A DNA stretch of 37,353 bases from Methanosarcinales archaeon (GTDB lineage Archaea > Halobacteriota > Syntropharchaeia > Alkanophagales > Methanospirareceae): assembly GCA_025464325.1 (NCBI GenBank), contig JAODGH010000028.1, positions 1 through 37,353 on the forward strand. Reading direction: 5' to 3'. Positions within the stretch are counted from its first letter, which is position 1, and the number at the start of each line of letters is the position of its first letter. Below, piece after piece: positions 1 to 11,440 of this stretch. Position numbers and translations under genes: made by a program. Below the pieces are notes generated by a model that did no database searches, was not told the origin of the DNA, and saw only the letters and a program-made list of their open reading frames with translations.

Positions 1-152
1 CCATGTTATCATGTCGGTGTAAAATAAACGGTATTTATGATAGTGGCACTACTTATAGCTGTCCTACGCAAAAGTCGATAATACCCGGTGAGGCTTTTTT
101 GTTACTTAACTTCTAATTACGACGTGCCAAAAATTATCAATTGCTGACTGAA

Positions 153-1058
153 TCACCATCCACGTACCTGCATCATCTCTGTCTCCTGCAGTGCGTTCAC
201 CTCTACGCCTTTCATCGGCATGCCCAGCCCTCTCGATATCTCTGCCAGTTGCTTTGGATCGTCATAGCAGTTAACTGCCTGTACAATCGCAGAAGCCATC
301 CGTGACGGATTCTCAGATTTGAATATCCCGGATCCCACGAAGACACCATCTGCACCGAGTCGCATCATGAGTGCGGCATCAGCAGGTGTCGCAATACCAC
401 CCGCAGCGAAGTTGACCACCGGTAGCCGCTGCAGTCCTGCAGTCTCATGTACCAGCTCATACGATACCTTCAGCTCCTTCGCCACATCTCGCAGTTCCTC
501 CTCGGTCTTGCCTTTCAGCGATCGTATCTCGCCCATGATCAATTTCATATGCCGAACCGCTTCCTTGACATCGCCCGTACCCGCTTCTCCTTTTGTCCTT
601 ATCATCGCCGCACCCTCTTCTATACGTCGCAGTGCCTCGCCCAGATCGCGAGCACCACAGACGAACGGTACGGTGAATTTACGCTTATCCACATGATGCG
701 TATCCACGGGTGTCAGAACCTCCGATTCATCCACCATATCAACACCAAGAGCTTCCAGTATCTCCGCCTCCACAAAATGACCTATCCGGCATTTCGCCAT
801 TACCGGTATGGTAACCGCATCCATTATCTCCGTGATAACCGCGGGGTCTGCCATTCGTGCCACCCCTCCCGCTCTCCTTATGTCCGCAGGTACGGCATGT
901 AATGCCATCACCGCAATAGCACCCGCCTCCTCAGCTATTACCGCCTGCTCTGCGTTCGTAACATCCATAATGACCCCTCCCTTCTGCATCGACGCAAATC
1001 CACGTTTCAAAAGCTCTGTTCCACGCCTGAGATTCCCGATCATTATTCTATCCTCCAT
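153..1058 (-). CDS. pdxS: Pyridoxal 5'-phosphate synthase lyase subunit PdxS
   Basis: Motifs [43 protein letters not shown]; AGGTGA RBS upstream of ATG. Confidence 0.97.
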   Translation of the reverse strand: MEDRIMIGNLRRGTELLKRGFASMQKGGVIMDVTNAEQAVIAEEAGAIAVMALHAVPADIRRAGGVARMADPAVITEIMDAVTIPVMAKCRIGHFVEAEILEALGVDMVDESEVLTPVDTHHVDKRKFTVPFVCGARDLGEALRRIEEGAAMIRTKGEAGTGDVKEAVRHMKLIMGEIRSLKGKTEEELRDVAKELKVSYELVHETAGLQRLPVVNFAAGGIATPADAALMMRLGADGVFVGSGIFKSENPSRMASAIVQAVNCYDDPKQLAEISRGLGMPMKGVEVNALQETEMMQVRGW

Positions 1059-1118
1059 ATCCTCTCACCTCACCATTAAAGTATAGCTACGAGATAAAAA
1101 TTGTTCCAGAATTGGAAC

Positions 1119-1767
1119 CTAAGGAGCGAACATGGAACTTATCTTCTCCACGTTCTTCGTCTTCGCAAATATCGTGACCAGGTCGTGTGGTTTAATTACT
1201 GTATCGCCCTTTGGCAGTATTATATCACCATCACGCTCTATTGCCACTATTATCCCATCTTTTAGGCGCAATTTGGAGATCTTCTTCCCCACTACCTTGG
1301 ATTTATCTGATACGGCAATCTCAAATATCTCAGCTTTACCGCCACTTACCGGCAGGAAATCCCTTATTCGGGGTCGTTTCACAGAGAAAGAGGTGACTGG
1401 CGACCGTCATGTCTGGATTCTCATACATATGTATGCCCGCCTCTTTGAACATCTCTACATGCTCTTCCTGGTTCACCACCGCGACTGTCTTCTTGGTACC
1501 CATACCCTTCGCCGTTAATGCCATCATCAGGTTTGCGGCATCATCCGATGTCGTGGCTATAAGCGCGTGTGCCCTGTGCGCTTCCGCCTGTTCTAATGTC
1601 GATCGCTCTGTTGCATCTCCCACTATCGTCAGTACGTCGTACTTCGCTGCTATCTCACGGCATCGCTTCTCATCCTGGTCTATCACCACCACGTCGTTCT
1701 TCTCCTGCGTCGCCAGCTTCACCAGGTTCTTACCGATTCCGCCTAACCCCACTATTATCAGATACAT
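1119..1767 (-). pseudogene. trkA: TrkA-family K+ uptake regulatory subunit, split by a frameshift near 1383-1392
   Basis: N-terminal RCK_N (MYLIIVGLGGIG, VIDQD, GDAT) in one frame from ATG 1767; TrkA_C (SKVVGKKISKL, IVAIERDG, PKGDTVIKPHD) in another frame ending 1119; span 649 nt = 3n+1. Confidence 0.85.
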
Positions 1768-1934
1768 CGATCTTGATTTACTGCCACTCACTAAAAATAA
1801 TTGCCACTTGCATAAATATTGCTTCTTTCATTAGCACGCGCTAAGCATTTGACAGTCTCTGTCGCGTTTCACTTACTGGTGCGAACCTGGAATTCTCAGA
1901 GGAACTTGAACGTGTGACTCGACAAAGCCGCTAC

Positions 1935-2744
1935 CTAAGATGATGCGGTGTTACGGTTATTCAGTCCCAACCGACGATTACAGTTCCTTTTGATTTCAGA
2001 GACCACATCCTCAAAAGTGCTTCTCTCTGCCACTATATCGGCGGATATACCGGCTTCAGCTATCGTTTTAGCGGTCAGATCACCAATAGCAGTGACTTTT
2101 GCGGTTCTTAATAGCGCGGTTATATCCTCCTCCAGCCGGAATTTCGATGCGAGCTCGCGGAAGTACTTAAAGGTCAGTGAGCTGGTGAAGATGATATAAT
2201 CAGGTTGATACTCGATGAGCTCGACGAATCGCCTCCTCTGTGATTCGGTCTCGATTAATCGTGGCTCGTAAACTGCTATATCCACCACATACGCACCTCT
2301 GGTCCGAAGGAACTCGGTGAGTTGTTTGCCACCGGCGGCACTACGCAGTAATACTATTTTGGCAGCGGTAGCGGCACGGGGCGTCAGCAGTTCCATAAGT
2401 CCTTTCGCACTGTATTCCTCGGGCATTAATGAGACATCAACACCTCGTTTTTGTAGCTCATCGCGTGTCGTTGGTCCGATAGCGCATACCTCCACGGCAG
2501 ATAACTTAGCCTTCAGATCAAATCCGGCATCGTCACAGATGCGGAATGTCTTCTGCACACCGTTCAGGCTGGTGAAAACGACTATATCTACATTACTTGC
2601 AAACGCTTTCTCTATCTCTTCTACCGCATCTTTACGCGTTACCAGCTGAAATACCGGGAAACCGAAGAAATCGAAGTTGTACCTCGCTGCTATCTCTTTC
2701 GCTCGGGTAACCATGTTCTCTGGTCTGAAAGCGGCTATCTTCAT
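1935..2744 (-). CDS. hemD: Uroporphyrinogen-III synthase
   Basis: Duplicated VFTSxNGV / IFTSS motifs, AIGPTT and AIGDLTA, PEEYSAKGL. Confidence 0.9.
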   Translation of the reverse strand: MKIAAFRPENMVTRAKEIAARYNFDFFGFPVFQLVTRKDAVEEIEKAFASNVDIVVFTSLNGVQKTFRICDDAGFDLKAKLSAVEVCAIGPTTRDELQKRGVDVSLMPEEYSAKGLMELLTPRAATAAKIVLLRSAAGGKQLTEFLRTRGAYVVDIAVYEPRLIETESQRRRFVELIEYQPDYIIFTSSLTFKYFRELASKFRLEEDITALLRTAKVTAIGDLTAKTIAEAGISADIVAERSTFEDVVSEIKRNCNRRLGLNNRNTASS

Positions 2745-2777
2745 CTCAAGATTAGAAGGATTGAGGTCATAAAAAAA

Positions 2778-4802
2778 TTACATTCGACGGGCTTCTTCCT
2801 TCAGCTTCGATGCTCGTCTGGACCCAACACCCGGCACTTGCTTCAGAGCTGTTAGATCCGCCCTTGCAACTGCTTCGGCTGTTCTGAACCCCGCGGAATA
2901 TAAATTACGGGCGATCACTCTGCCAACGCCTCTTATCGCTACCAGGCTGAGCAATTCTGACCTGACTCCGTGCTTTATCCGCTCTTTCAACTCTGCCATT
3001 CTTTTATACACTGTATCGGCACCGAGATATCGTGCTATACGTGTGGCAGCATAGCAGAGCCACTCCAGTGCGTAGAGGTTGGTGTGTATCTCGCCTGGAT
3101 AGATGCCGAATTTCGTCTTCAACTCAGGATAGCTCATCTCGTCTATCCATGCATGCGCTACGATAGCTGTTCCGAGTGCATAACCACAGGCGTACACCAT
3201 ATCAATATTATCCGTGAGGTTCATTGCGATGGTTTGCGCATCTTTTACGTTCAGCGGTGTCACTTCCTCACACCCGCACAGTATCATCAGGAGGTCGAAA
3301 TCGTTCATCTCACGTCCTGATTCAAGTTTTTCTATGCCAGATTTCAGGCTCAGGGCAGACCCGATGGAGAGGTACAACCTGGAAGATAGTTTACCAAAAT
3401 CAGTTGCACTTACGTACACTTTTTTACCCGCGCTCTTTTGCGTTATCAAGCCATCATCCTCCAGTTCATCCAGAATATCGCTCAGTTCTTCCTTTAACGC
3501 TTCGACACGCGCACGATTCTGAAACGCAAAGAATGTACGATCGATGAACTCTTCTATCTCTTCTATGGTGTGTGCACCGGCAACTATGGTGGCAAGTATC
3601 TGGTCCATCATGTCCCCGTTCGAGAAGCGCGATTCTATCCGTTCAAGTTCACCATTTATGTATACATGCTCTATCTCGTCACGTTCCGCCTCGTTACGCG
3701 CTACTATTACTCCCAGACCGTAATCGTCATACTCCGGTCTGCCCGCCCGTCCAAATACCTGTTTTACCCAGCTTACCGGCATCGGCTCAATGCCACGACC
3801 GGGTGTAAAGAACCTATAATTCCGGATCAGTACCATCCGGGCTGGTAGCGATACACCCATAGCGAGCGTGGGTGTGCAACATATCACCTTCAGCCGATGT
3901 GCGAGAAAACTCTCTTCCAGCAAACGCCTCTGCTCCGGATGCAGCCATGAGTTATGGTATGCTACGCCATGTCGTACCATCTCAGCGAGATCATCAACAC
4001 CGATATCAACCCGTTCTGCGAGTTCGTCCAGGTACGGATCGCTATAGTCAATGCGTTTCGCCAGCTTACGAGCGAAAGAAGCAGCTCCGCGTTTCGTATT
4101 CACAAACACGAGTACCTGCGCGCCATTTCTCACCTCATCCAGCACACGTTTTATGGTTGTGCTATCACTCGATGCAACGAGGATATCCTCCTTCAGTGGT
4201 ACAGGACGCCAGCTGGATTGTACGATATCTGCCCGTAACCAGCATGCGAAATCATCTGCATTGGGTATCGTTGCAGAGAGTGCGATGATTCGTGCAGAGG
4301 GGTTGAAACTGAGGAACCGTGCTATTGCCCCTTCCAGCCGTGGTCCCCGCTTCTCATCCCCTATCACGTGTATCTCATCCAGAATAAGAACGGTGATCCT
4401 ATCCAACCATGAGGGTTTCAATCTCGTGAGTGAATCGAGCTTCTCCAGGGTGAGTATGATTATATCATTATTTGCCAGATATCTGGAGCTACTCTCGTAA
4501 TCGCCGGTTGATATACCTATCTTGAGAGCGGTGTATCGCTCTTTAAAAGTGCGATATTTCTCATATGCCAGCGCAACCAGCGGTACAACATAGAGGCACT
4601 TGCCCGATGCCGTGATTATGGATTCTAACATGACCAGTTCTGCCAGCAACGTCTTACCACTGGCTGTAGGTGTGGCGATAACGAAATTCCTGTCGGTATC
4701 GAGCAGTCCCGCGCGTATCGCATCCACCTGCGGCGGGTATAACTCGAGATCAGCCATGAAGACGCTTAAGTCTCGCCAGAGCTTTAAATCTGATAACCTC
4801 AT
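2778..4802 (-). CDS. hel308: Ski2-like SF2 DNA helicase (Hel308/Hjm family)
   Basis: PTASGKT Walker A, DEIH box, LSAT, TLAMGVSLPA, GRAGRP, C-terminal HhH (IRGVGRVIARNL). Confidence 0.88.
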   Translation of the reverse strand: MRLSDLKLWRDLSVFMADLELYPPQVDAIRAGLLDTDRNFVIATPTASGKTLLAELVMLESIITASGKCLYVVPLVALAYEKYRTFKERYTALKIGISTGDYESSSRYLANNDIIILTLEKLDSLTRLKPSWLDRITVLILDEIHVIGDEKRGPRLEGAIARFLSFNPSARIIALSATIPNADDFACWLRADIVQSSWRPVPLKEDILVASSDSTTIKRVLDEVRNGAQVLVFVNTKRGAASFARKLAKRIDYSDPYLDELAERVDIGVDDLAEMVRHGVAYHNSWLHPEQRRLLEESFLAHRLKVICCTPTLAMGVSLPARMVLIRNYRFFTPGRGIEPMPVSWVKQVFGRAGRPEYDDYGLGVIVARNEAERDEIEHVYINGELERIESRFSNGDMMDQILATIVAGAHTIEEIEEFIDRTFFAFQNRARVEALKEELSDILDELEDDGLITQKSAGKKVYVSATDFGKLSSRLYLSIGSALSLKSGIEKLESGREMNDFDLLMILCGCEEVTPLNVKDAQTIAMNLTDNIDMVYACGYALGTAIVAHAWIDEMSYPELKTKFGIYPGEIHTNLYALEWLCYAATRIARYLGADTVYKRMAELKERIKHGVRSELLSLVAIRGVGRVIARNLYSAGFRTAEAVARADLTALKQVPGVGSRRASKLKEEARRM

Positions 4803-4853
4803 TATTCTATCTTGTTATAAATTATACGAATATAGCATAAAGAGAGGATAGCG

Positions 4854-5144
4854 ATGGTGAAGAAGCATAAGAAGGGGAAGAAGGGGAAAGTAACGAAATC
4901 GGCGGGCAGGTTTGGTGTACGATATGGCAGAAAGATACGGAAGATGGTGGCTGATATTGAGGAACAGACCAGAGCGGCACATAAATGCCCGAGATGTGGT
5001 CGAAACTCGGTCAGACGTAAGGGTACCGGTATATGGCATTGTTCAAGATGTGGCTATACTTTCGCGGGTGGTACGTACATACCGCAAACACCGGCGGGTA
5101 TAGCAATTGAGAGAGCGATAAAGCGAGAAGCGGGAGGTGAATGA
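4854..5144 (+). CDS. rpl37ae: 50S ribosomal protein L37Ae (eL43)
   Basis: [13 protein letters not shown]...GIWHCSRC zinc ribbon, FAGGTY. Confidence 0.97.
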   Translation: MVKKHKKGKKGKVTKSAGRFGVRYGRKIRKMVADIEEQTRAAHKCPRCGRNSVRRKGTGIWHCSRCGYTFAGGTYIPQTPAGIAIERAIKREAGGE

Positions 5145-5151
5145 TCGATTT

Positions 5152-5292
5152 ATGGGCTACTATTGTTTGAGATGCAAGCGAGTTGTGGAGTTGAAGAGCG
5201 ATTATCAGGGCATACGTTGCCCATACTGTGGCTATCGCGCACTGAGGAAGGAGAGATCCTCTGTGATGGTGAAGAAACTAAAAGCTGTTTGA
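5152..5292 (+). CDS. rpoP: DNA-directed RNA polymerase subunit P (Rpo12), 46 aa, absent from the ORF track
   Basis: Manual translation [46 protein letters not shown]; CxxC...CPYCG zinc ribbon; canonical position after rpl37ae. Confidence 0.93.
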   Translation: MGYYCLRCKRVVELKSDYQGIRCPYCGYRALRKERSSVMVKKLKAV

Positions 5293-5308
5293 GCGTATAC
5301 AGAAACGG

Positions 5309-5545
5309 ATGGAGATCGAATTTGAAGTGCGCGGTACCGGACTTGATATCATATACAGGGCTTTAAGAGTGGAAGGACCCGTAGCGCTGAGGAACGGGCG
5401 GTTGTACATGCGGTTCGAATGTGACGAGGCAGAAATTACGCGGCTACGGGCGATGGTGAACACATGGCTACGATTACTTAAGATCGCATCAGAGATGGTG
5501 GAGATCTCAAAGGGATGCAATTCAATCAATAAAATCAATAAATAA
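5309..5545 (+). CDS. pcc1: KEOPS complex subunit Pcc1
   Basis: 78 aa; IYRAL..E and LRAMVNTWLRLLKIA motifs; conserved synteny after rpoP. Confidence 0.85.
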   Translation: MEIEFEVRGTGLDIIYRALRVEGPVALRNGRLYMRFECDEAEITRLRAMVNTWLRLLKIASEMVEISKGCNSINKINK

Positions 5546-5569
5546 TATCATGGTGATATGATATAGTAT

Positions 5570-5642
5570 GCCGCCGTAACTCAGTTGGTAGAGTGCCCGG
5601 CTGTTAACCGGATAGTCACAGGTTCGAGTCCTGTCGGCGGCG
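5570..5642 (+). tRNA. tRNA-Asn (GTT), no intron, CCA not encoded
   Basis: Acceptor GCCGCCG/CGGCGGC, D arm CTCAGTTGGTAGAG, anticodon loop CT-GTT-AA, T arm ACAGG-TTCGAGT-CCTGT. Confidence 0.96.
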
Positions 5643-6380
5643 TCTCTTATAACCACTATAAATCAAATTCACCAGCTCTCTGAAATCAATCTTACCCGTG
5701 TAAAGGGCACTGCCTATCACCACCCCGCAGGCACCCGTTTCTGCTATCTTTATCACATCTTCGACAGTGGTCACACCCCCGGAGACGATCACGGGTAACG
5801 TTGCATAGCTGATGAACTCCTCGATAACCGTGATATTTATACCCCGCATCAACCCTTCTACGTCTATGTTCGTGAAGAGTATACTGCCAGCACCCATATC
5901 CGCCGCTTTCGCCGCTGCTTCTCTCAATCCCATGTCGGTTACTTCACGCCAGCCATCTATCGCGACCTTACCATGCCGCACGTCCAGTGCAATCATCACC
6001 CTATCGGGCGAGAACTCATCCACAATTCGCTCTATAAGCTGTGGTGACCTGAATATTGCCGTGCCGAATATCACACGATCAACACCGAGCAGAAGCAATC
6101 GCGTAGCGGATTCATAGGTTCTGATCCCGCCACCCACCTGGATCTTTGCACGGCTATTCACACGTTCTATTATATCCCTGATGATCGTGAAATTATCACT
6201 ATAGCGAAAAGCGGCATCAAGGTCTATTATATGCAAGCGCGATGCACCCATATTAAGCCATTCAAGAGCAATTGACGCGGGGTTACCGGCAGAGAATATC
6301 ACGGCATTCCGATCGCCCTGTTGTAATTGCACACATCTGCCACCTTTCAGGTCTATTGCAGGAATGACCTCGAATTCCAT
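5616..6380 (-). CDS. hisA: Phosphoribosylformimino-5-aminoimidazole carboxamide ribotide isomerase
   Basis: VIPAIDLKGGRCVQL, LHIIDLD, QVGGGIR, SGGV, IGSALY. Confidence 0.95.
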   Translation of the reverse strand: MEFEVIPAIDLKGGRCVQLQQGDRNAVIFSAGNPASIALEWLNMGASRLHIIDLDAAFRYSDNFTIIRDIIERVNSRAKIQVGGGIRTYESATRLLLLGVDRVIFGTAIFRSPQLIERIVDEFSPDRVMIALDVRHGKVAIDGWREVTDMGLREAAAKAADMGAGSILFTNIDVEGLMRGINITVIEEFISYATLPVIVSGGVTTVEDVIKIAETGACGVVIGSALYTGKIDFRELVNLIYSGYKRRRRQDSNL

Positions 6381-6439
6381 TTGTAGAGAGATAAATGGTC
6401 TGTCTTTTTATAAATGTTGCAATAAATTAGGAATTGTAA

Positions 6440-7447
6440 ATGAAGGGGGAAGAGCTATTCCATGCGGAGGTGCAGCGTTTCAACAGCCGATTGTTTGAGC
6501 TAATTGAGGAGCGAACGCGTAGTTGTAACAATAAGATACTCTCTGATGCGTTGAATTATATAAGGGAAACCGGAGGCAAACGACTCCGCCCTATAATATG
6601 CCTGCTTGCCGCAGAGGCAGTAGGAGGATCACGTGATAAAGCACTCTCCACCGCTATTGCCATTGAACTATTACACAATGCCACACTTGTTCATGATGAT
6701 ATCATAGATGATAATGCGATAAGACGACGGAATCTCTCCAATCCCGCCAGGTTTGGTGCGAAGAATGCAGTACTGATGGGTGATCTTCTACTTGGCTTCT
6801 CGTGCGAGATGCTGGCGGAATGTGGAGAACCTGAAGTGGTGAGAGTGGTAATGAGAGCCCTCTCGGACATAGCTCTCGGGCAGTACAGAGAATTCACGCT
6901 CCGATTACGTGCGCTCGATGAGGTTACAGAACGTGCGTACATGGAGGTTGCGGAAATGAAAACTGCTTCCGCTTTCATGGCGAGTGCGGAGGCGGGCGCT
7001 ATACTTGGCTGTGGTGGTGAAGTAGAAATAGAGAACCTCCGGAATTATGGTAAGAACCTCGGGGTGGCATTCCAGATACAGGATGACATACTCGATATAT
7101 GCGGCGATTCCGCGAAGACGGGTAAGCCCATCGGGCTGGATATAAGGAACCGGGAACGAACTATCCTTGTGATTCACGCACTGAAACATGCCAGTTGTGC
7201 GGATAGAGCATACATAGAAGATATAATGACGGGTAAAATAGAAGCGGCAGATATAGAACGGGTCAGGGAGATAATGGTCAGTACGAACTCGATAAAATAT
7301 GCCATCACACTGTCTAAGGATCTGTTATTGGATGCTAAAGCCAACTTAGAATGCCTTGAAGATTCCGATGCGAAATACAAACTGCAGTTAATTGCGGATT
7401 CCGTGGCGGTGCGGATAAAAGATCAGATGCTCGATGCGTACGTATGA
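6440..7447 (+). CDS. Trans-polyprenyl diphosphate synthase, probably making a product longer than C20
   Basis: GGKRLRP, FARM DDIID, GQ, KT, SARM FQIQDDILD, GKPIGLD. Confidence 0.92.
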   Translation: MKGEELFHAEVQRFNSRLFELIEERTRSCNNKILSDALNYIRETGGKRLRPIICLLAAEAVGGSRDKALSTAIAIELLHNATLVHDDIIDDNAIRRRNLSNPARFGAKNAVLMGDLLLGFSCEMLAECGEPEVVRVVMRALSDIALGQYREFTLRLRALDEVTERAYMEVAEMKTASAFMASAEAGAILGCGGEVEIENLRNYGKNLGVAFQIQDDILDICGDSAKTGKPIGLDIRNRERTILVIHALKHASCADRAYIEDIMTGKIEAADIERVREIMVSTNSIKYAITLSKDLLLDAKANLECLEDSDAKYKLQLIADSVAVRIKDQMLDAYV

Positions 7448-7456
7448 GCCCGAATC

Positions 7457-8539
7457 ATGAGCCATGAGTTGATACTCGCGGGTAAGTTCGTCTATGGTAG
7501 TGCATTCGAGGACAGAGCCGGTTACATTGTCACAGAAGGCGACAGGATAAAAGAGATCGGCACAGATAGTGCGGTGGATAGTGCGATAGAAGGCTACATT
7601 ATCCCTTCGTTCGTCAATGCGCACACACATATCGGCGATTCCATTGCGAAAGAGCCGCTTCTTTTACCACTGGAACAGTTAGTGGGTCCGGGTGGGTTAA
7701 AAGAGCGGTTACTTGCTCAGACACCGAACGAAGTACAGATAGAGGGAATGAGAGGAACAATCGAGGATATGGCGGGTTGTGGCATACAGTTGTTCTGTGA
7801 TTTTCGTGAGGGTGGACTCGTGGGTGTAAACATGCTGAAGACCGCACTGGACAGCAATACGAGGTTGAAAGTGAAGATACTTGGTCGACCTGTTGCAGAA
7901 GACGATACCGACATTGAAGACCTGATCGAGTCTGTAGATGGATTCGGAATAAGCAGTACCGCAGATTGCGACAGGGACGCACTCGTTGAGATAGTCGCAG
8001 TGGCACGTAGCAGGGGTAAGATGTTCGCTATTCATGCGGGCGAACGCGATACGGGTGATATAGAGGATGCAATAGAGCTTGAACCTGATTTCATAGTACA
8101 TCTGACGAAAGCGTCACGAAGGCACTTCAGGAAGATGCATGACCGGGGCATCAATGCCGTTATCTGTCTCAGATCCAACCTGGTAACGGGCATGGGTGTA
8201 CCACCGGTGCAGCAGATGCTCGAATCTGATTTGATCGTAGGTAGCGGTACTGATAACGTAATGCTGAACTCACCGGATATATTCAGGGAGATGGAGTTCA
8301 TATCGAAGCTACTTCGGATTGACGAACACGAGGTATTGAGGATGTGTACGTGGAACTCTGCGAAAGTACTCGGAGCGGCAGATACGGGTATTATAGAAGA
8401 GGGTAAGAAGGCGAATCTGCTGGTCATACGTGCCGATACACCGAATATGAGTCACATAACGAACTGGATAAAAGGTATAGTACGAAGGGCTACACGGGCA
8501 GATATCGGTGCTATCGTGTACGAAGGGAAACTGGTGCGA

Positions 8540-8560
<21 letters not shown>
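7457..8560 (+). CDS. Amidohydrolase-superfamily metal-dependent hydrolase/deaminase
   Basis: [19 protein letters not shown] metal ligands; [12 protein letters not shown]-terminal motif. Confidence 0.85.
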
Positions 8561-9796
<1,236 letters not shown>

Positions 9797-9882
9797 AGAA
9801 GGATGGATGACATATCAAGTATAAAAAGGTTTTTATTTTGCTATGATTTACGAAGATGTAGGAGTGAGAGAAGGGTGGAACG

Positions 9883-10257
9883 ATGATAGTGAAAGAGGTG
9901 GTGGATGAGAGTATTTTAACGCTTGTAGAGGCGAAGGAGCTGCTTAAAGGTCTCGTTGTGACGATGAAAGAGCCAGAGAGTGAAATAGAATCAGAAGAGG
10001 AAGAGGAGGTGAGATATGAGCAGAGGAAGGCGCTTGAACACACAACAAAATTCGCCAGGCTCAACATAGAGGATGCAAGAGCGCTCATGAATGAATTATT
10101 GAATTTAGAGAAGATGAATAAGAAGATCGCCGTACAGATCGTTAATTTGATGCCGGGCAGTAAGAACGAAGTGAGAGCGATATATGCAAAGGAGAATTTT
10201 ACGCTTTCCGAAGACGACATAGAGACGATACTTGACTGTGTAGCGAAATACAGGTAG
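9883..10257 (+). CDS. rpoF: DNA-directed RNA polymerase subunit F (Rpo4)
   Basis: LTLVEAKELL, YEQRKALEH..KF, IVNLMP...EVRAIYAKE; upstream of DUF655. Confidence 0.92.
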   Translation: MIVKEVVDESILTLVEAKELLKGLVVTMKEPESEIESEEEEEVRYEQRKALEHTTKFARLNIEDARALMNELLNLEKMNKKIAVQIVNLMPGSKNEVRAIYAKENFTLSEDDIETILDCVAKYR

Positions 10258-10283
10258 GCTGAGGTTAATTTATCCAGATAGAA

Positions 10284-10883
10284 GTGAGAGAAGGGATGAG
10301 AGATAAGCGGGGGCGGGCGGGTAGGCAAGATAAGAAACGGGAGACCTATGCACGTGTCCTCGATTATCTACCCTATGGGCATCCTGATGATACTCGCCCG
10401 GTATACCAGAAGAAGCCACTTGTACAGGCGATAGGTGAAGAGCGGTTTGTTCTCATGGAACTTTCGCCAAAGAAGGACAAAATCCCATCGGTCCATGAGC
10501 GTGTGTACATAGGCGAGGGCGAGCGTGAAGTGATAGACCATGTAGTGAAGAAGCTGAAGTATGAGGATCTGACACAGACCGCGAAGGTGGAGTTACGATA
10601 CGTAATTGAGGAGATAGTGAAGGCAAATGAGGCACGATTCATAAACGTGTTCAATGATGCGAGACCAATCACCACCCGGCTACACACACTTGACCTCTTC
10701 CCCGGTATAGGCAAGAAACTGATGTGGGCGATACTGGAGGAGAGGAAGAAGGGTAGATTCACGAGTTTTGATGACCTTACAAAGCGAGTCAAGGGGCTTT
10801 ATCACCCTGAGAAGATAATTGCGAAACGAATAGAGGATGAGATAAAGAACGAGCACATAAAGTATCGCATTTTTACTGCTTGA
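10284..10883 (+). CDS. DUF655 family putative RNA-binding protein
   Basis: VLDYLPYG, ERVYIG, FNDARPITTRLHTLDLFPGIGKK; conserved pairing with rpoF; start may be ATG 10296. Confidence 0.9.
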   Translation: MREGMRDKRGRAGRQDKKRETYARVLDYLPYGHPDDTRPVYQKKPLVQAIGEERFVLMELSPKKDKIPSVHERVYIGEGEREVIDHVVKKLKYEDLTQTAKVELRYVIEEIVKANEARFINVFNDARPITTRLHTLDLFPGIGKKLMWAILEERKKGRFTSFDDLTKRVKGLYHPEKIIAKRIEDEIKNEHIKYRIFTA

Positions 10884-11440
10884 GTAATTTTCCAAAACTC
10901 CACCTTACCCCACTTTTCTTACTCACGCTCCATAGTGCATGATAGCAATTAAATGCAGACGTAGTGAATACCATCGACCGTAACCCGCGCTATGGTCGTG
11001 GCACGTCGTTATCTGCGTTAAATACGTTCTTTATTACGGCGTAATGCCTCTCACCAGGCGCTCTCTTAAGGTTTATGCTCTCTTATTCTGCAGTTTATCT
11101 CGTTGTCCGTTTCATCTTGGCGTTTGCAGGTGCACCGATAACATTTATCCCGAGCCGATGCGGTTGTTGTTTCAATACATACTTTTGCATACTCCTCATT
11201 GATTGCATAATGGATTAACGACCGCATGATGCTTATATGCTGCTAATAGCTTATAATACTCTCTATTTTGCGATCGAATGGTTTTTACTGGAAATTTGGT
11301 TGTTGTTTCAAAGGAGTATTCTGGAAAATCTCTTATGGAAAAACATCTGATGATAAAAAGCAAATATCTGTCATTAGCTTCATTCACCGGTAATACCCAT
11401 ATAATAATAAATGCACATCCGTATCTATGTTGCTATCGTA

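Noticed and set aside
1792-1934. c-di-AMP or other riboswitch upstream of trkA
   Set aside because: No recognisable conserved motifs, and a TATA-like element lies close to the start codon, leaving little leader
5163-5366. 67-aa ORF from the ORF track
   Set aside because: Wrong frame; the real gene is rpoP at 5152-5292
11095-11190. 31-aa minus-strand ORF MQKYVLKQQPHRLG... preceded by GAGGAGT
   Set aside because: The RBS-like sequence abuts the ATG and the peptide has no recognisable features; cannot be supported without expression data
11162-11311. Degenerate CRISPR array suggested by GTTTCAA-containing repeats
   Set aside because: Only two 14-bp copies, 136 nt apart, and no cas genes
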